Virus record (IMG/VR): IMGVR_UViG_3300032250_000163
Span: 1 to 42,003 of that record
Origin: a virus
Taxonomy: Duplodnaviria; Caudoviricetes
Strand: one strand, 5' to 3'
DNA: 42,003 nt
Both the position numbers and the translations under genes were made by a program. Below are positions 18,399 through 26,299 of this stretch, piece by piece. Position 1 is the first letter of the stretch, and every line of letters begins with the position of its first letter. The notes below the pieces were generated by a model. That model was given only the letters and a program-made list of their open reading frames with translations. It did no database searches and was not told where the DNA came from.

Positions 18399-18907
18399 AC
18401 GTACATCTTCAAAATACCTAAGGTTGTTACCCAATCGGTGTGAAGAATACCAATACCACCAGCTTTACGCCAGTCATCAATAACACTTGGTGTATCATCA
18501 ATAATAATCTTATCTGGCCCAGCAAACTTCCATTTGTGTCGTTTACCTGGAACAAAGTTTGGTGTGAATGTGATGCCGTGAGTTTGCAACCAAATCATCT
18601 TTTGTTTTGAAATCTCATCGTACCGTTCTTCATTGGCAGTAGATGTTAAAATCTGTGTTGGTACAGTTAGGTGTTTACGCAAGAATGTCAAACCATCCAT
18701 GGCACCAGGCATTAGGTCTAGAGTTTCAAATTGTTTTGTTGCAATGAATTCATCAAAGAACTTATTGAATTCCTTTTTCTTTTCTGCATCTCTCGGTTCC
18801 ATGTGGTACTGTTCTTTGTATCGTTTAACGAAATCAGCCACCACACCATCTAAATCTAGGTATATCATACTTATTTTTGGTTTTTGCATAACATTCCTTG
18901 TTTCCAT
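18395..18907 (-). CDS. HAD-superfamily 5'(3')-deoxyribonucleotidase-like phosphatase (true start probably near 18889)
   Basis: IYLDLDGVVADF (motif I), ILTS, K..WL and IIIDDTP. Confidence 0.85.
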   Translation of the reverse strand: METRNVMQKPKISMIYLDLDGVVADFVKRYKEQYHMEPRDAEKKKEFNKFFDEFIATKQFETLDLMPGAMDGLTFLRKHLTVPTQILTSTANEERYDEISKQKMIWLQTHGITFTPNFVPGKRHKWKFAGPDKIIIDDTPSVIDDWRKAGGIGILHTDWVTTLGILKMYV

Positions 18908-19425
18908 CCTACTGGAGGATTCTTTGTTAATAATTGTTCGATACCATTATTGTACCATTTATTTCCTTTTGTTGTTGGCTTTTGATATAATCTTCCTAAA
19001 GTCCAACCTTTTCCTGGGTTTTCAATAGATAAAGTGTTTTCTTTTCCATTATTATACCATCTACTTTTTTTATTAGCTTCACTTCTTCTTAATGATTGTT
19101 CTATTTTATTTTTATCCGATTGCAATTTTCCAGGAGAACCTTCACCCCCAATCGTTTGATTGTAACCATTCTTAAAAGAATTATATTCTTCTATAAAAAT
19201 ACATTCGATATATTTTAAATGATTATAATCTGAAGTTTGATAAATTATTTGCCAATCAAAATTATCCCAACCATACTTTCGGATTGCTTTATGTAACAAA
19301 AATCCATCACTTAATTTGGATTTTGATTTGTGTGCGTACCTTCGAGTAGGCCAATTTTTATCAATACCAATATACACTTTATTGTTTATTTTATTTGTTG
19401 CTTTATAGACAGAATAAATATTCAT
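18871..19425 (-). mobile_element. Free-standing GIY-YIG (Seg-like) homing endonuclease
   Basis: IYSVYKATNKINNKVYIG...R...H, AIRKYG, GYNQTIGGEG and two WYNNG...GW..G repeats. Confidence 0.85.
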
Positions 19426-19491
19426 GCTGATATTCCTTTACAATATTAGAGTAGGTGGGAACGCCAATTCCGTGACCTACACCTATTTATA
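19426..19491 (-). ncRNA. Structured cis-regulatory leader (late promoter plus two hairpins), copy A
   Basis: 66 nt, 57/66 identical to 40612-40677 with compensatory substitutions; starts with TATAAATA and ends at the endonuclease ATG. Confidence 0.75.
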
Positions 19492-20097
19492 TCAGGCATA
19501 TTCTTTAATCTTTTCTTTCAATATATTTTTAAATTTCTTCTTATCATAATTAATAAACGGAGTGTACTTTATACACTTCATTTTAAAATTTGGCCAAACA
19601 ATATCATCATCTATTTTTTTATCCCACATCGGAATAAAATTGAGTATATCGTTTAGTATAACAAGTGTTTCTAATGAGACCTGTTTTAACTGTACCAGAT
19701 TCATCAATATCGGATATGAATTAGGTTTAACTTCTAGCATCTCATCAGGTGAACCACCATTTGCCATGAGATACATTATATCATTCTCAAAGGTATATGT
19801 CAAGCTTTGTTGGGTTTTTTGCCACTTTCTGTATACCTCTTCACCATCTGCGTTGGCCATCTCACCAACCCATTTATCACCATCGAGAAAGTTGGCAACA
19901 TAGAAATCTCTCAATTCTTCCAGACTATACTTTCTACTTAAACGATAGAATGTATATTTGTCTTTGCGCTTGAGAAATGTTACCGAACTGACATTGGTTT
20001 TGCCATGGTATTTAAAGTAATCATAACTAACGGATGTGAAATGTAACTTTAAACTATTATACATGGCAAACGCTGCATAGCCTGTATTTTCTGTCAT
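19492..20097 (-). CDS. gp59: Helicase loader gp59
   Basis: YNSLKLHFT...YDYFKYHGK, F.KRKDKY.F.RLSRKY, VSLETLVIL and KYTPF. Confidence 0.85.
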   Translation of the reverse strand: MTENTGYAAFAMYNSLKLHFTSVSYDYFKYHGKTNVSSVTFLKRKDKYTFYRLSRKYSLEELRDFYVANFLDGDKWVGEMANADGEEVYRKWQKTQQSLTYTFENDIMYLMANGGSPDEMLEVKPNSYPILMNLVQLKQVSLETLVILNDILNFIPMWDKKIDDDIVWPNFKMKCIKYTPFINYDKKKFKNILKEKIKEYA

Positions 20098-20330
20098 TTT
20101 CGTGTACTTACACCAATACCAATACCAACATTACCATTAGAGTCAATACGCATGGCTTCTCTACCCATACCAGTATTAAAATGTCCTGTAGTGTTGCATT
20201 GAAGTGCTGTGATGCCAACAAAAGGATTTGCTGTGGGGATTATTGGTGTTAATGTTTCAATTTTGGCAAATACTGGTGTTGCAACCAGTGCTGGCACCGA
20301 TAATAAAAACTTTCTTCTGTTCATAATCAA
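20094..20330 (-). CDS. Small protein with a twin-arginine-like signal peptide
   Basis: MNRRKFLLSVPALVATPVFA; the C-terminus EAMRIDSNGNVGIG resembles a tail fibre repeat. Confidence 0.55.
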   Translation of the reverse strand: MIMNRRKFLLSVPALVATPVFAKIETLTPIIPTANPFVGITALQCNTTGHFNTGMGREAMRIDSNGNVGIGIGVSTRK

Positions 20331-20548
20331 ATAGGTAGTTTCGAACTTTTCTTAATCAGGTTTAATTCTTGTGCTTCGTCACGAATCTTTGCTTTGAGTG
20401 CGGAAGAAATCAAAGTGGATGCCACCTCAACTTCTAATCCTGTTTCTTTACAATGGTGAAGAATGGCATCCATTCTGTTACATCTGAGTCTGAATGCCAT
20501 TTCTTCTATCAACATACTAAAATCACGAATTTCATCTTTTGTAGGCAT
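20327..20548 (-). CDS. gp33: Late transcription coactivator gp33
   Basis: FSMLIEE...MDAILHHC.E.GLEVEVAS.LIS..LKAKI..EA..LNLIK...KLP; start moved to the ATG at 20548 (MPTKDEI). Confidence 0.85.
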   Translation of the reverse strand: MPTKDEIRDFSMLIEEMAFRLRCNRMDAILHHCKETGLEVEVASTLISSALKAKIRDEAQELNLIKKSSKLPI

Positions 20549-20549
20549 A

Positions 20550-21092
20550 TCAAATCTTATTTTTTTCTTTATAGAATATGTGTGAACCAATCTGTGTAAT
20601 ACGAGGTAAGTTCCAACCTGGATTTACATAATTGGCATGGAAATACATTGCTTTTTCTTTGTGCAGTATATCATGTGCATATTCGTTTGTCAAGGCTTTC
20701 TTTGCAACTAATACCGATTCTTCCCATTGGTATTTGTTACGAACTAAACTGTAAGCCTGATTACAGAACCAAGAGAACTGGCAGACCATTCTACCATTGA
20801 TTTCATCTTTCTGTTTTACGACACCACATACTGTGGATGGAAATTTACCGGAGTTTACACGGTTGATTGTAACTTGTGCTACAGCCAATTTACCTTCGAA
20901 TGTTTGGTTGCCTGATTCGTAGTATACATTTTCAGCAAGGCATTGAACTTCTTGGTTGAAATGCTGACTGGCAACTTTAATAGTTTTCTTTTCTACTTGT
21001 GCTTTGGCAACAGGTACGAGTAAATTGATTGTGATTAAAAATATTGAACCAGCAATTAAAAATTTGTTGGTAGTTTTTTTGTTGAAATACAT
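20550..21092 (-). CDS. Cell wall hydrolase (SleB/Hydrolase_2 family) with an N-terminal signal/TM segment
   Basis: CLAENVYYES..Q...GKLAVAQVTINRV....FPSTVCGVV, CQFSW, YFHA.YV.P.W and IGSHIFY. Confidence 0.9.
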   Translation of the reverse strand: MYFNKKTTNKFLIAGSIFLITINLLVPVAKAQVEKKTIKVASQHFNQEVQCLAENVYYESGNQTFEGKLAVAQVTINRVNSGKFPSTVCGVVKQKDEINGRMVCQFSWFCNQAYSLVRNKYQWEESVLVAKKALTNEYAHDILHKEKAMYFHANYVNPGWNLPRITQIGSHIFYKEKNKI

Positions 21093-21148
21093 CTTTCTTC
21101 CTTTTTGATGTTCTGGCCACCAAACATCAGGCGGCCAGATTTCTCCAA

Positions 21149-21427
21149 TTACGAATTCGTTTTCTTAGTAATTTTTATTTCAGGTGGTGGAGTGGTTTGC
21201 GAAACGAAATTGTTAAGAGCTTCTGCTTTTGTTACAATATCTGTTTCTGTGGGAAATGGCGGCAGAGCAGGATGCTCAGGTGAAGTGGTGCCAGCAATTT
21301 GAGATGCCGATACCTGTGTTTGCCATTGATTTGTTACAATTTCCTTGTGAGCATAAAAATCTTCTGTCAAAAGGTCTTTGGCCATTTTTAAGAGTTCTAG
21401 CCGTATCTCGTATGGTGTCATACTCAT
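21149..21427 (-). CDS. Conserved hypothetical phage protein
   Basis: MTPYEIRLELLKMAKDLL...FPTETDIVTKAEALNNFVS; strong AGGAG RBS and its own promoter. Confidence 0.75.
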   Translation of the reverse strand: MSMTPYEIRLELLKMAKDLLTEDFYAHKEIVTNQWQTQVSASQIAGTTSPEHPALPPFPTETDIVTKAEALNNFVSQTTPPPEIKITKKTNS

Positions 21428-21518
21428 TTACTTCTCCTTGTGTGTGTCTATGTGTGATATACCAGCGGTTTGTGTGTTGCTGGTAATTTATTTATGTTGA
21501 ATTAATCTATATTCTTAG

Positions 21519-21547
21519 AGTATATACTAATACAACATAAATGTCAA
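21519..21547 (-). promoter_or_regulatory. Sigma70-type promoter
   Basis: TTGACA (21547-21542), a 17-nt spacer, then TATACT (21524-21519). Confidence 0.75.
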
Positions 21548-21585
21548 GCGGTTACTGCAATTATTTTATAATGTGAAACTGGTAA

Positions 21586-21705
21586 TTAACCAAATAGGTA
21601 AAATACCGTAAAAAGAATAGTCAAACCGCATGCTAGCACTAGCAATGCACCTAATCTTTGTTCAATTTTTTCTTCCGAATAGTTTTCGAAGCTATCTTTA
21701 CTCAT
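21586..21705 (-). CDS. 39-aa single-TM membrane protein (not in the ORF track)
   Basis: MSKDSFENYSEEKIEQRLGALLVLACGLTILFTVFYLFG; AGGAG RBS and TATAAATA at 21746-21739. Confidence 0.6.
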   Translation of the reverse strand: MSKDSFENYSEEKIEQRLGALLVLACGLTILFTVFYLFG

Positions 21706-21738
21706 TTTATTCTCCTGTATTAGTGTTTGTACTATTAG

Positions 21739-21746
21739 TATTTATA
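21739..21746 (-). promoter_or_regulatory. T4-type late promoter TATAAATA
   Basis: Exact consensus in intergenic DNA upstream of the 39-aa ORF. Confidence 0.7.
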
Positions 21747-21755
21747 CTTAGAGAA

Positions 21756-22412
21756 TCACCACTTTTGATCATTATAGAACTTAATTGCCTTAACTAGGCC
21801 TTCGATATGGTCTTCCGTTTTCTCTTGGAATACCAATGGTTGTTCATCTTCTACCGCCATGATAATTACCAGGTTGTGTATAGGTGTACCAATCATTTCT
21901 TCGTACATCAAACTATATGCGGCCGTTTGCCAAAAGTAATCTTCAATCTGTGCTTTGGTTTTAATCTTCTTGGATGTTTTGAAATCGATTACTGATAGTT
22001 GACCATCGAATTCACCAATCACATCTACACGACCTGCCATACCCAATTGTTTCGACCACAATGCACACTCTTGATAATGAATGTTGTTGATACGATTTAA
22101 TAGTGGTTTGAGTGATATAAACATCTCCAAGGCGTCTGGCATGACCAGACCTAGACCTTCATTGTTCAGATATCGTTCACACAAGGTATGCACATTGGTG
22201 CCTCTTCCTGTAGCCTTCTTTGAGATTGCATTGGCTACATCTTCACCTACTCTCTTTCGCCATGCCATAATGGCATCTTTCTTTTGGGCGCCAAGAACAG
22301 TCGTTACCGATGGTAGTTTGGTGCCATCAGGTAGAGTATAGAATCGACCACTGGATAATGTTTCTGATTGTAAATCTTCAAGTGGTATTGGTGGGCAGAA
22401 TGTAAATGTCAT
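21756..22412 (-). CDS. PD-(D/E)XK exonuclease
   Basis: LPSVTTVL, RGTNVH..CE, E..LWS....AGRVD, VIDFKTS and Q..AY..M.EE. Confidence 0.88.
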   Translation of the reverse strand: MTFTFCPPIPLEDLQSETLSSGRFYTLPDGTKLPSVTTVLGAQKKDAIMAWRKRVGEDVANAISKKATGRGTNVHTLCERYLNNEGLGLVMPDALEMFISLKPLLNRINNIHYQECALWSKQLGMAGRVDVIGEFDGQLSVIDFKTSKKIKTKAQIEDYFWQTAAYSLMYEEMIGTPIHNLVIIMAVEDEQPLVFQEKTEDHIEGLVKAIKFYNDQKW

Positions 22413-23188
22413 TTTTTAGTCACAAATTTTTGTTTTATTATTTTGAAAAATTCTATATCACTTGGTGTAAGATCAACCGCATCAATATTTTTTCTATACT
22501 CTTTAGCCTGATTTTGTAATTGTGCAAAATCACCCATATACTTGAAATGTTTTGTAATTCTATTTGTATCGTAAGCATCCATGATAATATGATGCCTATC
22601 TTTATCGGAATCGTTACGAATTTGATGCCAGACATTCACCCATAAAATATAAACTGAACCATCAGCTGGCATATGTAAGTTTTGTCCATCACACATATGT
22701 ACACACTTTTCATTTGTTATGAGTGGTATGTGTATGCGAGCCATATAGTTATTCGATACAGAATCTCTATGCACTAATGATTTTGAGTGTGCTTGCAAAC
22801 AAGAAACTCTAGCTCGCCTAGGATAAAAGCCTAATCGTTCCAAATCGTTCAAAACTTCTGCAATATATCCTACGCAAGCTGGAGTTGGTTTATCATGTTC
22901 CAATCCAGAATCGTGTGATACATTTAAAAATTTCATTGCTTTATAATTATATTGGCCGTTAGGAAAGAACAGGTCATTTGTTTCTTTATCATCGGAATGA
23001 TATACTTCCCATCCATCATGCCAATCACCAGTTCTGGTCAATAAACTCCAACCACCAAAACCTTGATATTGTTCAGTTTCATATTCTTCACCTTGAATAA
23101 CTTGTGGACCTAAAGAAAATACATTATCTTCCACTTCTTTTCGTAGTCGGTTAATATCAACTTTATAATCTAATTTTTCATACCACAT
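22409..23188 (-). CDS. Aspartyl/asparaginyl beta-hydroxylase-like Fe(II)/2OG oxygenase
   Basis: RARVS.L......HRD.....RIHIPLITN...HMPADGSVY...WH...N.SDKDRHHIIMD: an HxD...H triad with an AspH-family layout. Confidence 0.75.
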   Translation of the reverse strand: MWYEKLDYKVDINRLRKEVEDNVFSLGPQVIQGEEYETEQYQGFGGWSLLTRTGDWHDGWEVYHSDDKETNDLFFPNGQYNYKAMKFLNVSHDSGLEHDKPTPACVGYIAEVLNDLERLGFYPRRARVSCLQAHSKSLVHRDSVSNNYMARIHIPLITNEKCVHMCDGQNLHMPADGSVYILWVNVWHQIRNDSDKDRHHIIMDAYDTNRITKHFKYMGDFAQLQNQAKEYRKNIDAVDLTPSDIEFFKIIKQKFVTKK

Positions 23189-23715
23189 TATAGGTGGCCT
23201 CCATCTTTTAATATGTCATATACAACATTATACTCTAAAGATGAACCAATGGCAACAGCCATTCTATCACTAAATTCACCTTGTGGTGTGACTGAGTGTG
23301 GTAAACTCACATTTAATAACCATGCTTCGTTAGGTTTGGCTATAAATGAATGGGTCTTTTTCAAATCCGGTTCACCAAATATAAAACCATCAGTTTGATT
23401 ATCCACCTGTTCGAATTTAGGTGTATCATTTTTGAATTTATAAAATTGAGTTAAACAATTATCCGTTTTTAGATATATGTTTATGGTTGATTTGATACCA
23501 CTATCTGTGTGTGGTGGTATAGTTGTATTGATGTGCATTAGAGTGACAAAAAAATAATCTTTATATTTTTCTGGTATAATATCAAACATATTGAATTTGC
23601 CAAAATTAACATAATGATAGGCAATACCTTTGTCACCTTTCATGAATGACATTTGAACATCTAGAATGTTGTAATCATCAATCACAAACTCATTATTTAA
23701 TTTGCAGAATTCCAT
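23188..23715 (-). CDS. Fe(II)/2OG-type (DSBH) oxygenase-like protein
   Basis: IPPHTDSG..STINIY...AWLLNVSLPHSV......R: an HxD...H...R pattern. Confidence 0.65.
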   Translation of the reverse strand: MEFCKLNNEFVIDDYNILDVQMSFMKGDKGIAYHYVNFGKFNMFDIIPEKYKDYFFVTLMHINTTIPPHTDSGIKSTINIYLKTDNCLTQFYKFKNDTPKFEQVDNQTDGFIFGEPDLKKTHSFIAKPNEAWLLNVSLPHSVTPQGEFSDRMAVAIGSSLEYNVVYDILKDGGHL

Positions 23716-24395
23716 TCTCTCACTTTCATCATATCATTACACCAACTTTTTAGTACCAATGCATTTTTAGCTGATTCGTCAACAATTTGAAAATAATCAG
23801 CTGATATTGATATTCTTAAATCTTTTGATGTATTAACTTCAACTTCGTGCAACATATAAAAAGGTAAAATAACAATTAAACCGGTTTCTATTTTAATTCT
23901 CTCGACACAACCATCTTGTACATGACAAAGAAGATCACCAGAATTTTTTGGTGTTTGTACATAATAAGTTACCGCAAAAGAGGTATCAGGATGAGCATGA
24001 TTATCAATATTTAATCCAGGTGACCTAACATTTGGCCAACCCATAATTGATTCAAATTTTAATTTTAAATCTTTTAGTTCTGGTATAGTATATGCCGATG
24101 TTGTTACATAATAATCAAAAGTTTTTTTGAGTATTTGTAAGTTAGGCCTAGGGTAATCCCATAAACTATTTTTAGGATTAGGAGAAGTAGAAATCTCTTT
24201 AGCGATAGAGTATAATTCGTCTAATAAATTTTCATTAAAATCATTATCAAAATCTGTTTTTACTGTCCAAATAGGATAATTCCATAAAGGATTACTGTTT
24301 GGATTTTTTCCACTCTTTGTATTCTTTAACGATATCACATTCATATTCCCAATTAATTCCATCATGTGGTTCTTGTTTAGCAAAGTATTGTTCAT
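23697..24395 (-). CDS. Fe(II)/2OG oxygenase (TIGR02466-like); true start may be slightly downstream
   Basis: HAHP.T..AVTYYV..P.NSGDL...LIVILP..MLHEVEVN.S...RISIS. Confidence 0.75.
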   Translation of the reverse strand: MNNTLLNKNHMMELIGNMNVISLKNTKSGKNPNSNPLWNYPIWTVKTDFDNDFNENLLDELYSIAKEISTSPNPKNSLWDYPRPNLQILKKTFDYYVTTSAYTIPELKDLKLKFESIMGWPNVRSPGLNIDNHAHPDTSFAVTYYVQTPKNSGDLLCHVQDGCVERIKIETGLIVILPFYMLHEVEVNTSKDLRISISADYFQIVDESAKNALVLKSWCNDMMKVREWNSAN

Positions 24396-24660
24396 CTCCG
24401 TAAATTATGTATTCAAAAAGATTATTACCTTTGTGGAACAATTTCATGAAAATGTCAGCATATTCATCAGCCATTTGAAAAAATCTAGATTTATCTTCCG
24501 GTGATAGATTCAAAATATCATTCTTTAATTGACTGTCAAAATAATGTATGACGTGTTTCCTATACAATGCAAGTTCTTCTTCTGATATAACACCATCTCG
24601 ATTTAGGTCAGCATCAGCAAACCCATCGTTGTTTAAATCAAGTTGCTCTGGATTGTTCAT
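24292..24660 (-). CDS. Small EF-hand-like acidic protein
   Basis: DLNRDGVISEEE is a canonical 12-residue EF-hand loop, preceded by a degenerate DLNNDG; the ATG overlaps the stop of the Cys-rich gene. Confidence 0.55.
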   Translation of the reverse strand: MNNPEQLDLNNDGFADADLNRDGVISEEELALYRKHVIHYFDSQLKNDILNLSPEDKSRFFQMADEYADIFMKLFHKGNNLFEYIIYGDEQYFAKQEPHDGINWEYECDIVKEYKEWKKSKQ

Positions 24661-25559
24661 TTTGATATTCCTTGAAATACATTAAATATTTTTAATGATT
24701 TTATTTTTTTATTTAAACGAGAAAGTTTTACAACACCCTCAGATGCGTAGTGACTCATGAAGAACATCGACCACATTAACCAAGTTGTTATTGTTCCTGG
24801 GTTTGCTCTCTTAGGTAACATATTAACAAACTTACAAATAGGTCTACCTATGGTCATAATCACACGACCTTTAAGGTTATCGTTTGGTAAAGCGCCCATC
24901 AAGAAGGCCATATGTTCTGCCCATGGTGTACCAATCTTTTGAGCCCATTCCGTAGAGGTTCTCTTTTGTTCTGAAGATCGCAATTCTTTATCTTTAATCC
25001 AAATCAGGTAATCTGGACCGTTTCCGTCCATCCATGAGGTAACAATCTTCGCCCATTTAATATAACCTTTGTATACTGAACGGTCATGTTTTTTCAGCCA
25101 CTCTCCATACTGTTGATCTGCTGACCACACACGATAATCCATCATTCCAAATTCGTATAATTTAGCACAGATAATCTTTGAACAGTTACAGGCACAATTG
25201 CAGTTATATGAGGTTTCTGCTGTTGAACAATTATAGGAGCAAGCACAGTTACAGTTTGCCTGCAGAAAGCTGCTTCCGTCACAGTTTGCACAATTTACAC
25301 CACCAGAAATAACACAGTTGTTACATTGTATGTTACCACAGTTACAGTTTGATGTACAGTTTCCGTTGTTACAGTTACCTTGTGTGGTGTTCTGAAAATA
25401 CGCTTTACTATAGAAATTACTCATGGCTGGGGTTTCAGGCCTTTGGGCTGGCACTATAACATTATTCAAGAATTGTAAACTGGACGAATAGGTTGTAGGT
25501 AGCCCTATCTCAACATTGATGTCTGCATTACTAATTGGTCCTGATGCTGGTAGTGTCAT
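24657..25559 (-). CDS. Asn/Cys-rich protein (candidate substrate of the neighbouring modification enzymes)
   Basis: 16 Cys in residues 63-126, 13 of them as Asn-Cys; N-terminal MTLPASGPISNADINVEIG; distinct C-terminal domain starting KIICAKL. Confidence 0.8.
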   Translation of the reverse strand: MTLPASGPISNADINVEIGLPTTYSSSLQFLNNVIVPAQRPETPAMSNFYSKAYFQNTTQGNCNNGNCTSNCNCGNIQCNNCVISGGVNCANCDGSSFLQANCNCACSYNCSTAETSYNCNCACNCSKIICAKLYEFGMMDYRVWSADQQYGEWLKKHDRSVYKGYIKWAKIVTSWMDGNGPDYLIWIKDKELRSSEQKRTSTEWAQKIGTPWAEHMAFLMGALPNDNLKGRVIMTIGRPICKFVNMLPKRANPGTITTWLMWSMFFMSHYASEGVVKLSRLNKKIKSLKIFNVFQGISK

Positions 25560-25586
25560 GATTATACTCTTTAATTGTTATGTTAC

Positions 25587-25594
25587 TATTTATA
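25587..25594 (-). promoter_or_regulatory. T4-type late promoter TATAAATA driving the Cys-rich gene and the downstream oxygenases
   Basis: Exact TATAAATA immediately after the desaturase TAA, 27 nt upstream of the ATG at 25559. Confidence 0.75.
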
Positions 25595-26299
25595 TTAGGT
25601 GTTAAACTTAACTAGTCCAAAAAAACTGAATATTCTAAGGTATAGGTAACCAATATCAAATTCATACCATTTTCTTTTAAGGTTAGTATTCATAGGTTGT
25701 GTGTGGTGATTATGGTGCATTTCTTCACCAGCAGCAATCAAACCAATAGGAAATAGATTCCTACTATTATCCGACCGTTTACCACGATATCCAATTAAGT
25801 GGCCACCAATGGCAATAATAACAGTCATACAGACAGTCACCCATGAGATTTGAATCAACCAGACAACGATTCCAACCCATCCAAACAGATACAGGTTCAA
25901 CGCTAATATAATGTATGTTCCAAGTCTTAGGTGACGGTCAATCCAACCATGTGGCACATGGCTTACTTTACTCATTTGGTTATCATTGGCAAACCCACGA
26001 TAACCATTAACAATACAACCAAAACAAATTTTAATAGTAGATTTAATCCTTTGTATTGGTGTACCGTCATAAAATACAAAATGTGGATCGTTTGGTGTAT
26101 CCGCATATGTATGGTGTTCACGATGTATTGCAGTCCATTCTTTTACACCAGTACCATCAAATAACCATAACCAATATCTCATAAAATTAGCCAATACAGG
26201 ATGCATAGTATACTGTTGATGTGCCATTCCTCTATGCACATACAAACTAAAACAAACAATCGTAATGTGCATGGTAATCAATGTGTACCATACTATCAT
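25595..26299 (-). CDS. Membrane fatty-acid desaturase (delta-9-like family), copy 2
   Basis: His boxes HRGMAH, HREHH (followed by DPH) and GEEMHHNHH; WYEFDIG; TM segments. Confidence 0.9.
   Translation of the reverse strand: MIVWYTLITMHITIVCFSLYVHRGMAHQQYTMHPVLANFMRYWLWLFDGTGVKEWTAIHREHHTYADTPNDPHFVFYDGTPIQRIKSTIKICFGCIVNGYRGFANDNQMSKVSHVPHGWIDRHLRLGTYIILALNLYLFGWVGIVVWLIQISWVTVCMTVIIAIGGHLIGYRGKRSDNSRNLFPIGLIAAGEEMHHNHHTQPMNTNLKRKWYEFDIGYLYLRIFSFFGLVKFNT

Noticed and set aside
18871-19491. Group I intron hosting the GIY-YIG endonucleases
   Set aside because: The flanking genes are intact and there is too little non-coding sequence for an intron core; the endonucleases are free-standing.
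21100-21150. Hammerhead ribozyme (CUGAUG and GAAA are present)
   Set aside because: The core would need CUGANGA and three correctly placed stems; here it reads CUGAUGU and the stems do not fit.
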